In this document: positions 1 through 8,964 of the stretch, piece after piece | How positions within the stretch are numbered: position 1 is the first letter of the stretch | Layout: each line of letters opens with the position of its first letter | Assembly (NCBI GenBank): GCA_038204425.1 | Contig: JBBRCZ010000006.1 | Span: 1-64,000, forward strand | Origin: Spirochaetia bacterium | GTDB taxonomy: Bacteria; Spirochaetota; Spirochaetia; DSM-27196; Salinispiraceae | Length of the DNA stretch: 64,000 nt | Direction: 5' to 3' | The notes under the pieces: generated by a model | The model's input: only the letters and a program-made list of their open reading frames with translations | Told to the model about the DNA's origin: nothing | Database searches by the model: none | Made by a program: the position numbers and the translations under genes

Positions 1-151
1 GCTGATCGATCAAGCCCGTGTAAACATGCTGAAGGACTGGAAGCATTCTGGTTTTAGTATTGAGAGCGAAACCAGACTATTCAGCAAGGCGGATCGAGAA
101 GCCTTGGGTCAATATGTAGTTCGCGGCGCTACCTGTGCAGACAAAATATGA
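1..151 (+). mobile_element. Truncated IS91-family (rolling-circle, Y2-type) transposase fragment entering from the left edge
   Basis: Frame starting at base 2 reads LIDQARVNMLKDWKHSGFSIESETRLFSKADREALGQYVVRGATCADKI then TGA at 149-151. W.HSGFS followed by L.QY..R resembles IS91-like transposases. The ORF stops where an AT-rich segment begins. Confidence 0.6.
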
Positions 152-444
152 ATGGGTTTAAAAGTGATGGCAGTTATTACTATGGTGGATTAATATTGTA
201 CGGAAGAGAGTGGGATGAAAATTTTAGTGACACAATTAAAAGGATAGAAAAGGGAATTATCAGATTTGAATATTCTGATGAAGTAAATCCAATAGCTATC
301 AATACAACAAGAGAAATAGTTGAAATCTGTAGAGAAAATGGAATAGAGTTGATAGCTTTTATACCACCATATGCTCCTTCAATATATGATATGATGGATT
401 TCACGGCAGTACTGAATTATACGAAAAAATTGCCAATGAAATAA
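148..444 (+). pseudogene. AT-rich fragment of a hypothetical protein, possibly part of an SGNH-like envelope-modification protein
   Basis: 98-aa ORF with no RBS, visibly more AT-rich than its neighbours. The segment ICRENGIELIAFIPPY resembles internal parts of SGNH-like proteins. Confidence 0.35.
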
Positions 445-488
445 TCAGCAAGAAAACACAAGGAGATCAGACTGCGTCCAACAGCCAG

Positions 489-533
489 TAAACTAAGTTT
501 TCCATTTATGAAAACTAAACTAAGTTTTCCATT
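489..533. repeat. 18-bp direct repeat TAAACTAAGTTTTCCATT duplicating the parE 3' end
   Basis: Exact copies at 489-506 and 516-533. The second copy lies in the last codons (MENLV-stop) of the minus-strand gene. Confidence 0.9.
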
Positions 534-2518
534 ATATAGTCCCGGCGTTGCGGTGTGTTCTTGCCCATATAAAACTCGAGCGTGCCAGTAATTTCTTTGA
601 TAGCCTTGATGTCTACCGGTACCAAACGAATATCGGGCCCAATAAACTGTCCAAATTCTTTGGGGCTGATTTCGCCCAAGCCTTTAAAGCGGGTCACTTC
701 TATGCTGCCAGTGGCCGACAATACGACACCTTCGGCCTCAATCGCCTTGGCAGCGCGCGCTCCACCCAGTTGCAATACGGCAGAGTCACGTTCCTTTTCA
801 CTATAACAATAAACGGTGTTTTGCTTGTTGCGCACTCTAAAAAGCGGCGTTTCCAGAATATAGAGGTGGCCGCGCACGACAAGTTCTTCAAAGTACGACA
901 AAAAAAACGTCAAAAGCAAGTTGCGAATATGAAAGCCGTCGTTGTCAGCATCGGTTGCCAACACGATGCGATTGTAACGCAGGCCTTCGAGTTCGTTTTC
1001 GATGCCCAGGGCCATCATCATATTGTAGAGTTCTTCGTTTTGGTAGATTTCGGCTCGCTTTCGCCTGTGCATATTTTGCGGTTTACCGCGCAAACTAAAT
1101 ATTGCTTGCGTATAGACATCCCGAGAGCTCACCATCGAGCCTGATGCCGACTGACCTTCGGTAATAAAGATAGTTGAGTTTTCTATTTGATCTAGTTCTT
1201 TGGTGGTTTTGCCTTGGTCACCAAGGTGCGACTTGCAGTCCTTGAGGTTGGGAATCTTGAGTGCAATTTTTTTGGCGGCCTCGCGGGCCTTATTTTTGAC
1301 AACAGCCAGTTCTTTGCGCAGGGCCTCGTTTTGCATGATCTTGTCTTGTACTTTGCGCGATTCCACCGGATTTTTGTGCAGCCAGTCATTGACTGCGTCG
1401 CGCACTTCGGCCACCACCCAGGTGCGGATTTCGGTGTTGCCCAATTTGTTTTTGGTTTGTGACTCAAAGATTGGATTTTCTAGTTTGACAGCCAAAGCTG
1501 CCGCAAAACCGTCTCGTACGTCTTGACCGCTAAAGTCCTTTTTAAAGAACTCGTTGACGCCCTTTAAGAAGCCCTCTCTAAAGGCCGAAAGGTGGGTGCC
1601 GCCGTCAGACGTGTGTTGACCGTTTACGAATGAAAAATAGTTCTCACCATAGTTTGCGGTGTGGGTAAAGGCAAGCTCCATCAGTTTGCCCTTGTAGTGT
1701 GCTATGTCGTAGATGATCTCATCGCCAACTTCGGCAGTCAAGAGATCAAACAAACCGCGTTCGCTAGAAAAGGCTACTCCGTTGAAGTACAAAGTCAATC
1801 CAGAGTTGAGATAAGCGTAGTGACGCAGACGCTCTTCGACAAATTCGGCCTTATAGTCGTAGTCACTAAATATTTTTGCATCCGGTGTAAAGCGCACGTA
1901 GGTGCCATCGGCTTGCTTGGCTTTGTTTACAGCGCCAGGTACTGCGGCCACCTCAGCTGCGCCTTTTGGTTGCTCGGCCTGTTTTTGCACTAGCAAGTTG
2001 CCGGATTCAAAAACGGCACTTGAATACTTGCTCTCTCTAAAACTGGTAACTTCAAACTTGCCAGACAAAGCGTTTACCGCCTTGGTTCCAACACCGTTGA
2101 GACCTACCGAAAACTGAAAAACTTCGGTATTGTACTTGGCACCGGTGTTGATGACAGAAACGCATTCAACAACCTTACCAAGTGGAATGCCGCGGCCATA
2201 GTCGCGGACGGTGATGGTTTTGCCGTCCAGTTGGATATCTATGCGCTTGCCAAAGCCCATAATGAACTCGTCCACCGCGTTATCGATTACTTCTTTAATA
2301 AGAATATAGATGCCGTCACTTGGATTGGAGCCATCGCCAAGGCGACCAATATACATGCCCGAGCGCAGACGGATATGCTCAAGGCTCGACAGAGTTTTGA
2401 TCTTGGACTCGTCATAGACGCCCGATGGACTGGCTGAGCTTACAGGAGCCTTGGATGCGCCAGCCTTTTTTGAAACTGGGTCGAGCGAAAATTCGCCTTG
2501 TACAGGAGTCTTTGCCAT
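515..2518 (-). CDS. parE: DNA topoisomerase IV subunit B (type IIA topoisomerase B subunit)
   Basis: EHIRLRSGMYIG, EVIDNAVDE, GLNGVG (GHKL ATPase); TEGQSA, LRGK, ATDADNDG (TOPRIM); RFKGLGE. The MYIGRLGDGS..DGIY signature is of the spirochaete/Bacteroidota ParE type. Confidence 0.85.
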   Translation of the reverse strand: MAKTPVQGEFSLDPVSKKAGASKAPVSSASPSGVYDESKIKTLSSLEHIRLRSGMYIGRLGDGSNPSDGIYILIKEVIDNAVDEFIMGFGKRIDIQLDGKTITVRDYGRGIPLGKVVECVSVINTGAKYNTEVFQFSVGLNGVGTKAVNALSGKFEVTSFRESKYSSAVFESGNLLVQKQAEQPKGAAEVAAVPGAVNKAKQADGTYVRFTPDAKIFSDYDYKAEFVEERLRHYAYLNSGLTLYFNGVAFSSERGLFDLLTAEVGDEIIYDIAHYKGKLMELAFTHTANYGENYFSFVNGQHTSDGGTHLSAFREGFLKGVNEFFKKDFSGQDVRDGFAAALAVKLENPIFESQTKNKLGNTEIRTWVVAEVRDAVNDWLHKNPVESRKVQDKIMQNEALRKELAVVKNKAREAAKKIALKIPNLKDCKSHLGDQGKTTKELDQIENSTIFITEGQSASGSMVSSRDVYTQAIFSLRGKPQNMHRRKRAEIYQNEELYNMMMALGIENELEGLRYNRIVLATDADNDGFHIRNLLLTFFLSYFEELVVRGHLYILETPLFRVRNKQNTVYCYSEKERDSAVLQLGGARAAKAIEAEGVVLSATGSIEVTRFKGLGEISPKEFGQFIGPDIRLVPVDIKAIKEITGTLEFYMGKNTPQRRDYIMENLV

Positions 2519-2525
2519 AAGCTTT

Positions 2526-2534
2526 ACTATACCA
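2526..2534 (-). promoter_or_regulatory. Extended -10 element TGGTATAGT 7 nt upstream of the parE ATG (putative leaderless promoter)
   Basis: Minus strand reads TGG-TATAGT-AAAGCTT-ATG with no Shine-Dalgarno. Confidence 0.55.
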
Positions 2535-2581
2535 CGTCAGCACAAGCCAAGAAAACCCACCTTTGGGAACTGGCCCAAACC

Positions 2582-2610
2582 TTGACAGGCCTTGCCAGTA
2601 CGAGTAGTTT
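2582..2610 (+). promoter_or_regulatory. Putative sigma70 promoter for tgt
   Basis: TTGACA (2582-2587), 17-nt spacer, TAGTTT (2605-2610). Confidence 0.55.
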
Positions 2611-2651
2611 ACTTGTCGCTATGGGGACGACCCACTATAGGATGGTAGCTC

Positions 2652-4649
2652 TTGTCGCGTCTCAACTTTAAACTCCAAGCCACCTCTTCGGGCAGCGCAG
2701 CGCGGGCTGCTTCTTTTACTGCACTTCATGGCGAAGTGCAGACGCCTATCTTTATGCCAGTGGGCACACAAGCGACAGTCAAAGGCCTGGATACTGCCAC
2801 GCTCGAACGAGTAGGTTCTCGCGTCCTACTGGCAAATACGTATCACCTCCTGCTCAGACCTGGCCCCGAGGTTTTTGAGGCGGCTGGTGGCATCAACAAG
2901 TTTATGGATTGGCCACGGCCTGTCTTGACTGACTCAGGCGGCTTTCAGATTTTTTCACTGCCGCGCTCACGCCAGATGAGCGAGGATGGTGCTGCGTTCA
3001 AAAGTTATGTCGATGGTAGAGCCTACTTGCTTTCTCCGGAATCAAGCATTGCTATGCAGCGTTCGATCGGCTCTGACATTATGATGGTACTCGACCAATG
3101 TATTCCGGCCAGCTCAAGCTACGAACAGGCCAAAGCCGCCATGGAGCTTACTCATCGTTGGGCAGGCCGTAGCTTAGTGGCCCGAGGTGATTCGCCACAA
3201 GCTATGTTTGGCATTGTTCAGGGAGCTTGCTATCCTGACTTACGCCGCCAAAGTGCTAAATTTCTGAGTCAGGCCGGCTTTGACGGTCTGGCAATAGGTG
3301 GTTTGGCTGTGGGCGAGAGTCGCGCCCAACGTCAGGACTTTACCGAACTGGTGGCTGCCATGCTGCCTGTTGACTTGCCACGCTATCTGATGGGTGTCGG
3401 TACTCCGCTCGATATTTTAGAAGCCGTCCATCGTGGTGTTGATATGTTTGACTGCATTATGCCCGTCGCCTTGGCTCAGCACGGTACGGCCTTTACCTCA
3501 CAAGGAAAGTTTCAGGTGCGACGTAGCGTCTATAAATTTGACCAAGGCAGCTTAGACCCAGAGTGCGCCTGTACAGCTTGCACCCGCCATTCGATTTCGT
3601 ACTTGCATCACTTGCAAAAGACAGGCGAAAATCTTGGCTGGCAATTGCTTGCTGAGCACAATTTGCAGTTCTACCATGGTTTAATGACCCAAATTCGCCA
3701 ACATATACTTGCCGGAAGCTTTGAATCTTTTTACAAGCTCAAACGTCAGCAGTTGGATAGCGATGACCAGGTGCATCCTGCCCAGCCAGGCAAGCAACGT
3801 AAGCCCAAGGCTCTACGTCAGAGTCAATTGGGAAACTATCAAGTCAATGTTTCGCCAGCTGGATTTTGTAGTATTCAACAGCGTAGCTCCGGCGAAATTA
3901 TGCATTCGGTTTCCGACCCAATGCTTGAGGCCCAGGCCTTATACGTTGATCAGATCCAACTTGGTGCGCGCCTCACTGAGCATCGACATAAGCCGCTGGT
4001 TATCTGGGATCTGGGCCTTGGCGCTGCCACCAACGCGATGGCTGCAATTAAGTGTGCACAAGACTGGCGAGCGCCTCTCAGGCTGATAAGCTTTGAAAAT
4101 GACCTCGACGCGCTTAGGTTGGCAGTCAACAATGCAGGTCGATTTTTGCACCTTCAACACCCTGCTTCTTCTCATTTGCTGCGCCATGGTCGCTGGACAA
4201 GCGACGATGGCCACATTGAATGGCTGCTCTTGGAAGGTGATGCCATGACGCGCATTGCTGATGCTGAATGTGCAGACGTCGTTTACTATGACCCTTTTTC
4301 TCCCAGCAGCGACACAAGCTTGTGGACAATTGACTGTTTTGCCAAGCTTAAAGCGCGCCTCAACCAGAATGGTCTTGTGCTAACTTACAGCAATTCTACA
4401 GCGGTCAGGGTGGCAATGCTTGCAGCTGGTTTTTTTGTCGCTGCCGGGATAGCTACGGGGCCAAAGGCAAACACCAGCATTGCATTTCTCAATCATGCTA
4501 GTCTGCCAGCGTCGGCGCAGATCTTGGGAAGCGCTTGGCTTGCAAGCTGGGAAAAGAGTCAAGCTAAACTGCCGTATGGCATCGCGTCAGAACAAGATGC
4601 TTGGCTTTTTGAGACCATACGGCGACACGCTCAGTGGCAGCTTTCCTAA
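2652..4649 (+). CDS. tgt: tRNA-guanine(34) transglycosylase fused to a C-terminal MnmC/MnmD-like SAM-dependent methyltransferase
   Basis: N-terminal ~370 aa: TPIFMPVGT, ANTYHL, DSGGFQ, LDQC, GGLAVGE, RYLMGVG, DMFDC, Zn site CACTAC. C-terminal ~280 aa: GEIMHS, DLGLGAATNA, SFE, YYDPFSP..LWT, as in the MnmC methyltransferase domain. Confidence 0.9.
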   Translation: MSRLNFKLQATSSGSAARAASFTALHGEVQTPIFMPVGTQATVKGLDTATLERVGSRVLLANTYHLLLRPGPEVFEAAGGINKFMDWPRPVLTDSGGFQIFSLPRSRQMSEDGAAFKSYVDGRAYLLSPESSIAMQRSIGSDIMMVLDQCIPASSSYEQAKAAMELTHRWAGRSLVARGDSPQAMFGIVQGACYPDLRRQSAKFLSQAGFDGLAIGGLAVGESRAQRQDFTELVAAMLPVDLPRYLMGVGTPLDILEAVHRGVDMFDCIMPVALAQHGTAFTSQGKFQVRRSVYKFDQGSLDPECACTACTRHSISYLHHLQKTGENLGWQLLAEHNLQFYHGLMTQIRQHILAGSFESFYKLKRQQLDSDDQVHPAQPGKQRKPKALRQSQLGNYQVNVSPAGFCSIQQRSSGEIMHSVSDPMLEAQALYVDQIQLGARLTEHRHKPLVIWDLGLGAATNAMAAIKCAQDWRAPLRLISFENDLDALRLAVNNAGRFLHLQHPASSHLLRHGRWTSDDGHIEWLLLEGDAMTRIADAECADVVYYDPFSPSSDTSLWTIDCFAKLKARLNQNGLVLTYSNSTAVRVAMLAAGFFVAAGIATGPKANTSIAFLNHASLPASAQILGSAWLASWEKSQAKLPYGIASEQDAWLFETIRRHAQWQLS

Positions 4650-4769
4650 GGCATTTCCTGCTTAGTTTACAATTATTTGACAAAGCTTTTACGTAACACA
4701 GGCTTTTCTGTCCATTAAGTGGGCTATGCTTAAGATCTAGCGACTGAGTTTTGAAGGAGAAGCCATCCC

Positions 4770-7700
4770 ATGAAACGACCTATTAAATATAGCTTGCAAG
4801 CATTGCTTGTAGTGATGTCCCTGTTTGTCTTGACTTCGCAGAGTGTAGCAGAACATCGAGAGCGTACTCTCGTGCGCCGCGTCCCACCCATAATGACTGA
4901 CGAATCAGGTAATAGCGCTCGCCAATTGGATTTGGCGACATTTTTGCTAGATGTCAAGGTGATGGGCGTGCTGGCACGAACAACAATGACCATGACCTTC
5001 TACAATCCTGGATCGCGCGCGGTAGCAGGAAATCTTTATGTTCCATTGCCAGTTGATGCTACCATTTCTGGCTACGCATTGGACGTCAATGGCGTTATGG
5101 TTGACGGCGTTCCCGTTGAACGAGACACTGCTCGTCAAGTTTACCAAACCGTAGTGGCTCGCGGCATTGACCCTGGCTTGGTGGAGTGGACACGTGGCAA
5201 TGTGTTTAAAACACGGGTCTTCCCGGTTCCAGCAAAGGGTAGTCGTACGGTTAGTCTTAGTTACCTGAGCACTGTCGTCACTGCTGTCGCGACTAGCGAT
5301 AGTCCAGCCAAAAAGCCGCGTTTGATCATTCCATTTGACTTCAAAAAGCCGATAGCAGATTTTAAACTTAGTCTTGAGGTTGTCAAACCTATGGTCAAAC
5401 CCTTGGTTATTTCAGCTTCGTGGAACAAACTAGAGTTCCTTGCTTGGCGCGACGGATTTCGCAGCGAGTTTAGCGCCAAAAACTTTACACCCGATAGCGA
5501 TTGCGAAATCGAACTACCAACAGTCGACGAGCGAAGCGTGCTTTTGGAGAAGAACAATCAAGCAGAAGTAAACGGTGGCAAAGGGGCTTGGTTCTTGTGG
5601 ACCAGCCCACGTGCAGCTTTGGGTCAGTCGCTAGGCATATCGGCCCAACCTAGTCCAGCAAAAGAGCTTAGTCTGTATTGGGATGCGAGCCTAAGTCGCC
5701 AGAACGCTCGCCACGATCTAATAATCAAAACGCTAGCTATTTGGCTTGTAGAGCAAGCAAAAACGCCAGCCAGTTCAGTAGAAAAAGTGCACCTTACCGT
5801 TTTTCGCGAAAGCGCAGAAGCGACGCGTAGCTACCCGGTAAACAGGGGCCTATCGCCTGATCTGCTGCGCGATCTTGCTGCCCTTAGCTACGATGGTGGT
5901 ACCCGAAGTGGCTATTTGCCAAGTCCTCCGAAAGCAAGTCAGATGGTGATTCTGGTCTCTGATGGTTTTTACACTATTGGGCAAAAAGCATTTCCGGACT
6001 TTTCTCAGCCTGTCTATTGTCTCGCCAGCGAGGCACGGTTAGACAGCTCACGTCTACAGAGTATCGCCAATGCCAACGGCGGCAGTCTAGTAATTGTCAA
6101 AGACCCTTTGGAAGCAGCCAAGCAGCTCGGGCGAGCGAGTTTTAGGCTCATTTCTGCCACGGTAAGTGAGGGCAAAGTGAGCGCAATAGAGTCAATTGCT
6201 GATTCAAGCAATGACTTGAGCGGCGTCACCGGTCTGCTAGAAAGCCAAACTGCAAAACTGAGCTTGAGCTATGGCTTTGGCACTGTGGTGAGCAAAAAAA
6301 TTGAGCTAGAGCTAAGGCTCGACCAAGCAGTTGACGCCTATGTTGACGGGGGAGCCTACCAGGATGTTCGTGGCAGTCTTGGGATTTTTTGGGCTCAAAA
6401 CAAACTTTTGCGCTTAATGGCTGGCTCAGATTCTCAGACGGAGGCTCGCAAGGCAGATATGAGAGAGCTTGGTCTGCAGTGGAACCTCGTAAGCCCAGGC
6501 ACCAGTTTGCTGGTGTTGGAAAGCCTCGCCCAGTACCTCGAGTTTAAGATAGCACCACCGCTAAGCTTGGCCGCCATGCGAAGCGAATACTTCCAAGCGA
6601 TGGAAGACCAGAGCAAAGAAAAACGAGTGACAAGCGAAGCCCATCAAGACCAGGTTTTTGCTTGGTGGCAAGAAAGGCTCACGTGGCACAAAACCAAATT
6701 TGACTATCCAGCAAATTATCGGGCTGCGCAGATCAACAAAAAGTCGGCAGAATCGGGAGCCGCTGACGTCATGCATAGTCCCGCTTCCGGTCTCAGCCAG
6801 CAAACGCAAGATATTGCTGCCGAACGCTCAGTTGCGGGCCAGCCAACAAAGGGAGCAGCTGAAGAGTCAGGCCCAGCGGTCAGCATTCAAGCTTGGCAGC
6901 CTGATACTCCTTACTTGCGCTCCTTGCTCAAGTTGGTAGGCGAGGACTCAGATTTTGCTACTGGTTCTGACAACAAAGCTAAACCACGGGCCCTTACACC
7001 GGTCTTGGCTCAAAAGGCCTATCAACACTATCTCGACCTGCGAAAGTCTTACCTTACGTCGCCAAGTTTTTTCTTTGATGTTGGAGACTTCTTTGAAGCT
7101 CGGGCAGCATCTTCATATGCAATAAGAATTTGGTCAGTCTTGACAGAGATGGATCTTGAGGCGCCGGGACTACTGCGCATTGTCGCCTATCGATTGACTC
7201 AAACGGGTCAGCACCAACTTGCTCGTGAAATCTTTGAGCAAGTTTTGGCAATGCGGCCTGAAGAACCACAGTCTTGGCGAGACTTGGCCTTGGTCTTAGA
7301 TGCGCTCAAGCAACATGAGCGTGCAGTGGATTTGTTGTGGCATGTCGTGAGTAACGAGTGGTCTATGACGCCGCAGATAGAAGTCATCTGTTTGATGGAA
7401 ATGAATGCCGCACTAGTAAGGGCTAAAGCCGCTGGCCAAAAACATAGCGCTACTATTCCTGCTCGTTTTGTCCAAGCGCTCGATACTGACATACGCATAG
7501 TTTTGACCTGGGATACCAATCTCTCGGACATGGACCTGTGGGTAATTGAGCCATCAGGCGAGAAGGCGTTCTATGGAAACCAAAGAACCCATATTGGTGG
7601 CTTGGTGAGTCAAGACATAACCACTGGCTATGGTCCAGAAGAGTACCTTCTTAAAAAAGGAATGCGAGGCGACTACACTGTTATGGTTAACTACTATGGA

Positions 7701-7847
7701 AACCAAAATCCAGAAGTCAGCGGTACCGTAACTCTACAGGCCGAGATAATCACCAACTTCGCAAGACCCAATGAAAAGCGACAAGCCCTGACACTAAGCT
7801 TACAGGGCGACGGCAGTTCTTATACTGTTGGGAAGGTTGCTTGGTAG
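4770..7847 (+). CDS. Secreted protein with VIT domain, vWA-like region, TPR and C-terminal DUF2135/YfaP-like domain
   Basis: Signal peptide; VIT-like ARTTMTMTFYNP..PLP..ISGYALD..DPGLVE; WDASLSR; TPR-like RPEEPQSWRDLA; C-terminal IVLTWD..DMDLWVIEPSGE..GYGPEEY; RBS AAGGAG. Confidence 0.8.
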   Translation: MKRPIKYSLQALLVVMSLFVLTSQSVAEHRERTLVRRVPPIMTDESGNSARQLDLATFLLDVKVMGVLARTTMTMTFYNPGSRAVAGNLYVPLPVDATISGYALDVNGVMVDGVPVERDTARQVYQTVVARGIDPGLVEWTRGNVFKTRVFPVPAKGSRTVSLSYLSTVVTAVATSDSPAKKPRLIIPFDFKKPIADFKLSLEVVKPMVKPLVISASWNKLEFLAWRDGFRSEFSAKNFTPDSDCEIELPTVDERSVLLEKNNQAEVNGGKGAWFLWTSPRAALGQSLGISAQPSPAKELSLYWDASLSRQNARHDLIIKTLAIWLVEQAKTPASSVEKVHLTVFRESAEATRSYPVNRGLSPDLLRDLAALSYDGGTRSGYLPSPPKASQMVILVSDGFYTIGQKAFPDFSQPVYCLASEARLDSSRLQSIANANGGSLVIVKDPLEAAKQLGRASFRLISATVSEGKVSAIESIADSSNDLSGVTGLLESQTAKLSLSYGFGTVVSKKIELELRLDQAVDAYVDGGAYQDVRGSLGIFWAQNKLLRLMAGSDSQTEARKADMRELGLQWNLVSPGTSLLVLESLAQYLEFKIAPPLSLAAMRSEYFQAMEDQSKEKRVTSEAHQDQVFAWWQERLTWHKTKFDYPANYRAAQINKKSAESGAADVMHSPASGLSQQTQDIAAERSVAGQPTKGAAEESGPAVSIQAWQPDTPYLRSLLKLVGEDSDFATGSDNKAKPRALTPVLAQKAYQHYLDLRKSYLTSPSFFFDVGDFFEARAASSYAIRIWSVLTEMDLEAPGLLRIVAYRLTQTGQHQLAREIFEQVLAMRPEEPQSWRDLALVLDALKQHERAVDLLWHVVSNEWSMTPQIEVICLMEMNAALVRAKAAGQKHSATIPARFVQALDTDIRIVLTWDTNLSDMDLWVIEPSGEKAFYGNQRTHIGGLVSQDITTGYGPEEYLLKKGMRGDYTVMVNYYGNQNPEVSGTVTLQAEIITNFARPNEKRQALTLSLQGDGSSYTVGKVAW

Positions 7848-7900
7848 CAGGAATTAACTAGGTCTTTTTGAAAGATGTGTTTTGTTCTATTATGTGATGC

Positions 7901-8959
7901 ATGGAACAAATGGCAACGACAGACTTCAAAGACAGCAACCTAACATTAAATCGTCGTATGCCTGCCGAGTGGGAGCCGCGCGAACGAAGCCTAATGGCTT
8001 GGCCAGTTCGCGCGGAAGCTTGGCTCGATGGCCTAGACAGTGCCATTGTTGCTTATGTCGAAGTAGCCAACCATATTGCGTCCTGTCAGCCGCTGACCAT
8101 GGTCGTCAAACCCTCAGAGCTTGCCAAAGCAAAGAAATTGTTGAGTTCTTCTGTTGAACTCTTGCCAATCCATCATGACGACTCGTGGATCAGAGACAAT
8201 GGTCCCACCATCATCTACAACAACGATAGGCGTGTTGGGATAAGCTGGCGATTTAACGCATGGGGCAACAAATACAAGCCTTTTGATGCAGATAATCAAG
8301 TTGCACGACGGGTTTTGGATCAACTGCATATCGATGTTGAGTTTTCGCCACTAGTGATGGAAGGTGGCAGTCTGCACGTAGATGGTCAGGGTACCCTTTT
8401 GACGAGCGAGCAGTGCCTTTTGGCAGCCAATCGCAATCCCGATCTGTCTAAGGCAAATCTCGAACGACTACTTGGCCTCTACCTCGGTGTAAAAAAAGTG
8501 ATTTGGTTGGGGCAGGGTCTGGACGGAGATGAGACCGACGGTCATATAGATAACATTGCATGTTTTACTAAACCGGGCCGAGTGATTTGGCAAAGCTGTG
8601 ACGACAAAAACGATCCCAACTATCAAACGACGCTCTATAATCGCCAAGTCCTGAGTGAGGCCTTTGACGCAAGTGGTCGTAAGCTTGAGACCATCGAGAT
8701 TCCTCAAGCAGAATTGACGCTCTACAAGGGGCAAAGGTTGGCACTCAGTTACATAAATTTCTATCCGGTGGCCGATACGCTTATCGTACCTTTTTTTGCC
8801 GGCCATGCCAAAGCAGCAGATGATCGTGCAGGACGAATTCTGTCAGACGCATATCCAGGTTATCGAATAGTGGGTATCGATGGTATGCGCCTTATCAAGG
8901 GTGGTGGAAACGTGCACTGTATAACCCAGCAAGTACCCCAGCGCGGCAAAGGAGAATAG
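7901..8959 (+). CDS. aguA: Agmatine deiminase
   Basis: RMPAEWE, DSWIRDNGP, FNAWG, EGGS, ETDGHID, GGGNVHCITQQ. Confidence 0.95.
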   Translation: MEQMATTDFKDSNLTLNRRMPAEWEPRERSLMAWPVRAEAWLDGLDSAIVAYVEVANHIASCQPLTMVVKPSELAKAKKLLSSSVELLPIHHDDSWIRDNGPTIIYNNDRRVGISWRFNAWGNKYKPFDADNQVARRVLDQLHIDVEFSPLVMEGGSLHVDGQGTLLTSEQCLLAANRNPDLSKANLERLLGLYLGVKKVIWLGQGLDGDETDGHIDNIACFTKPGRVIWQSCDDKNDPNYQTTLYNRQVLSEAFDASGRKLETIEIPQAELTLYKGQRLALSYINFYPVADTLIVPFFAGHAKAADDRAGRILSDAYPGYRIVGIDGMRLIKGGGNVHCITQQVPQRGKGE

Positions 8960-8964
8960 CTTAG

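Noticed and set aside
515..2518. Calling this gene gyrB
   Set aside because: The N-terminal signature and TOPRIM context fit the divergent ParE clade better; phylogeny would settle it.
2611..2651. preQ1 riboswitch upstream of tgt
   Set aside because: Only a weak GGG/CCC hairpin; no preQ1-I stem-loop with A-rich tail.
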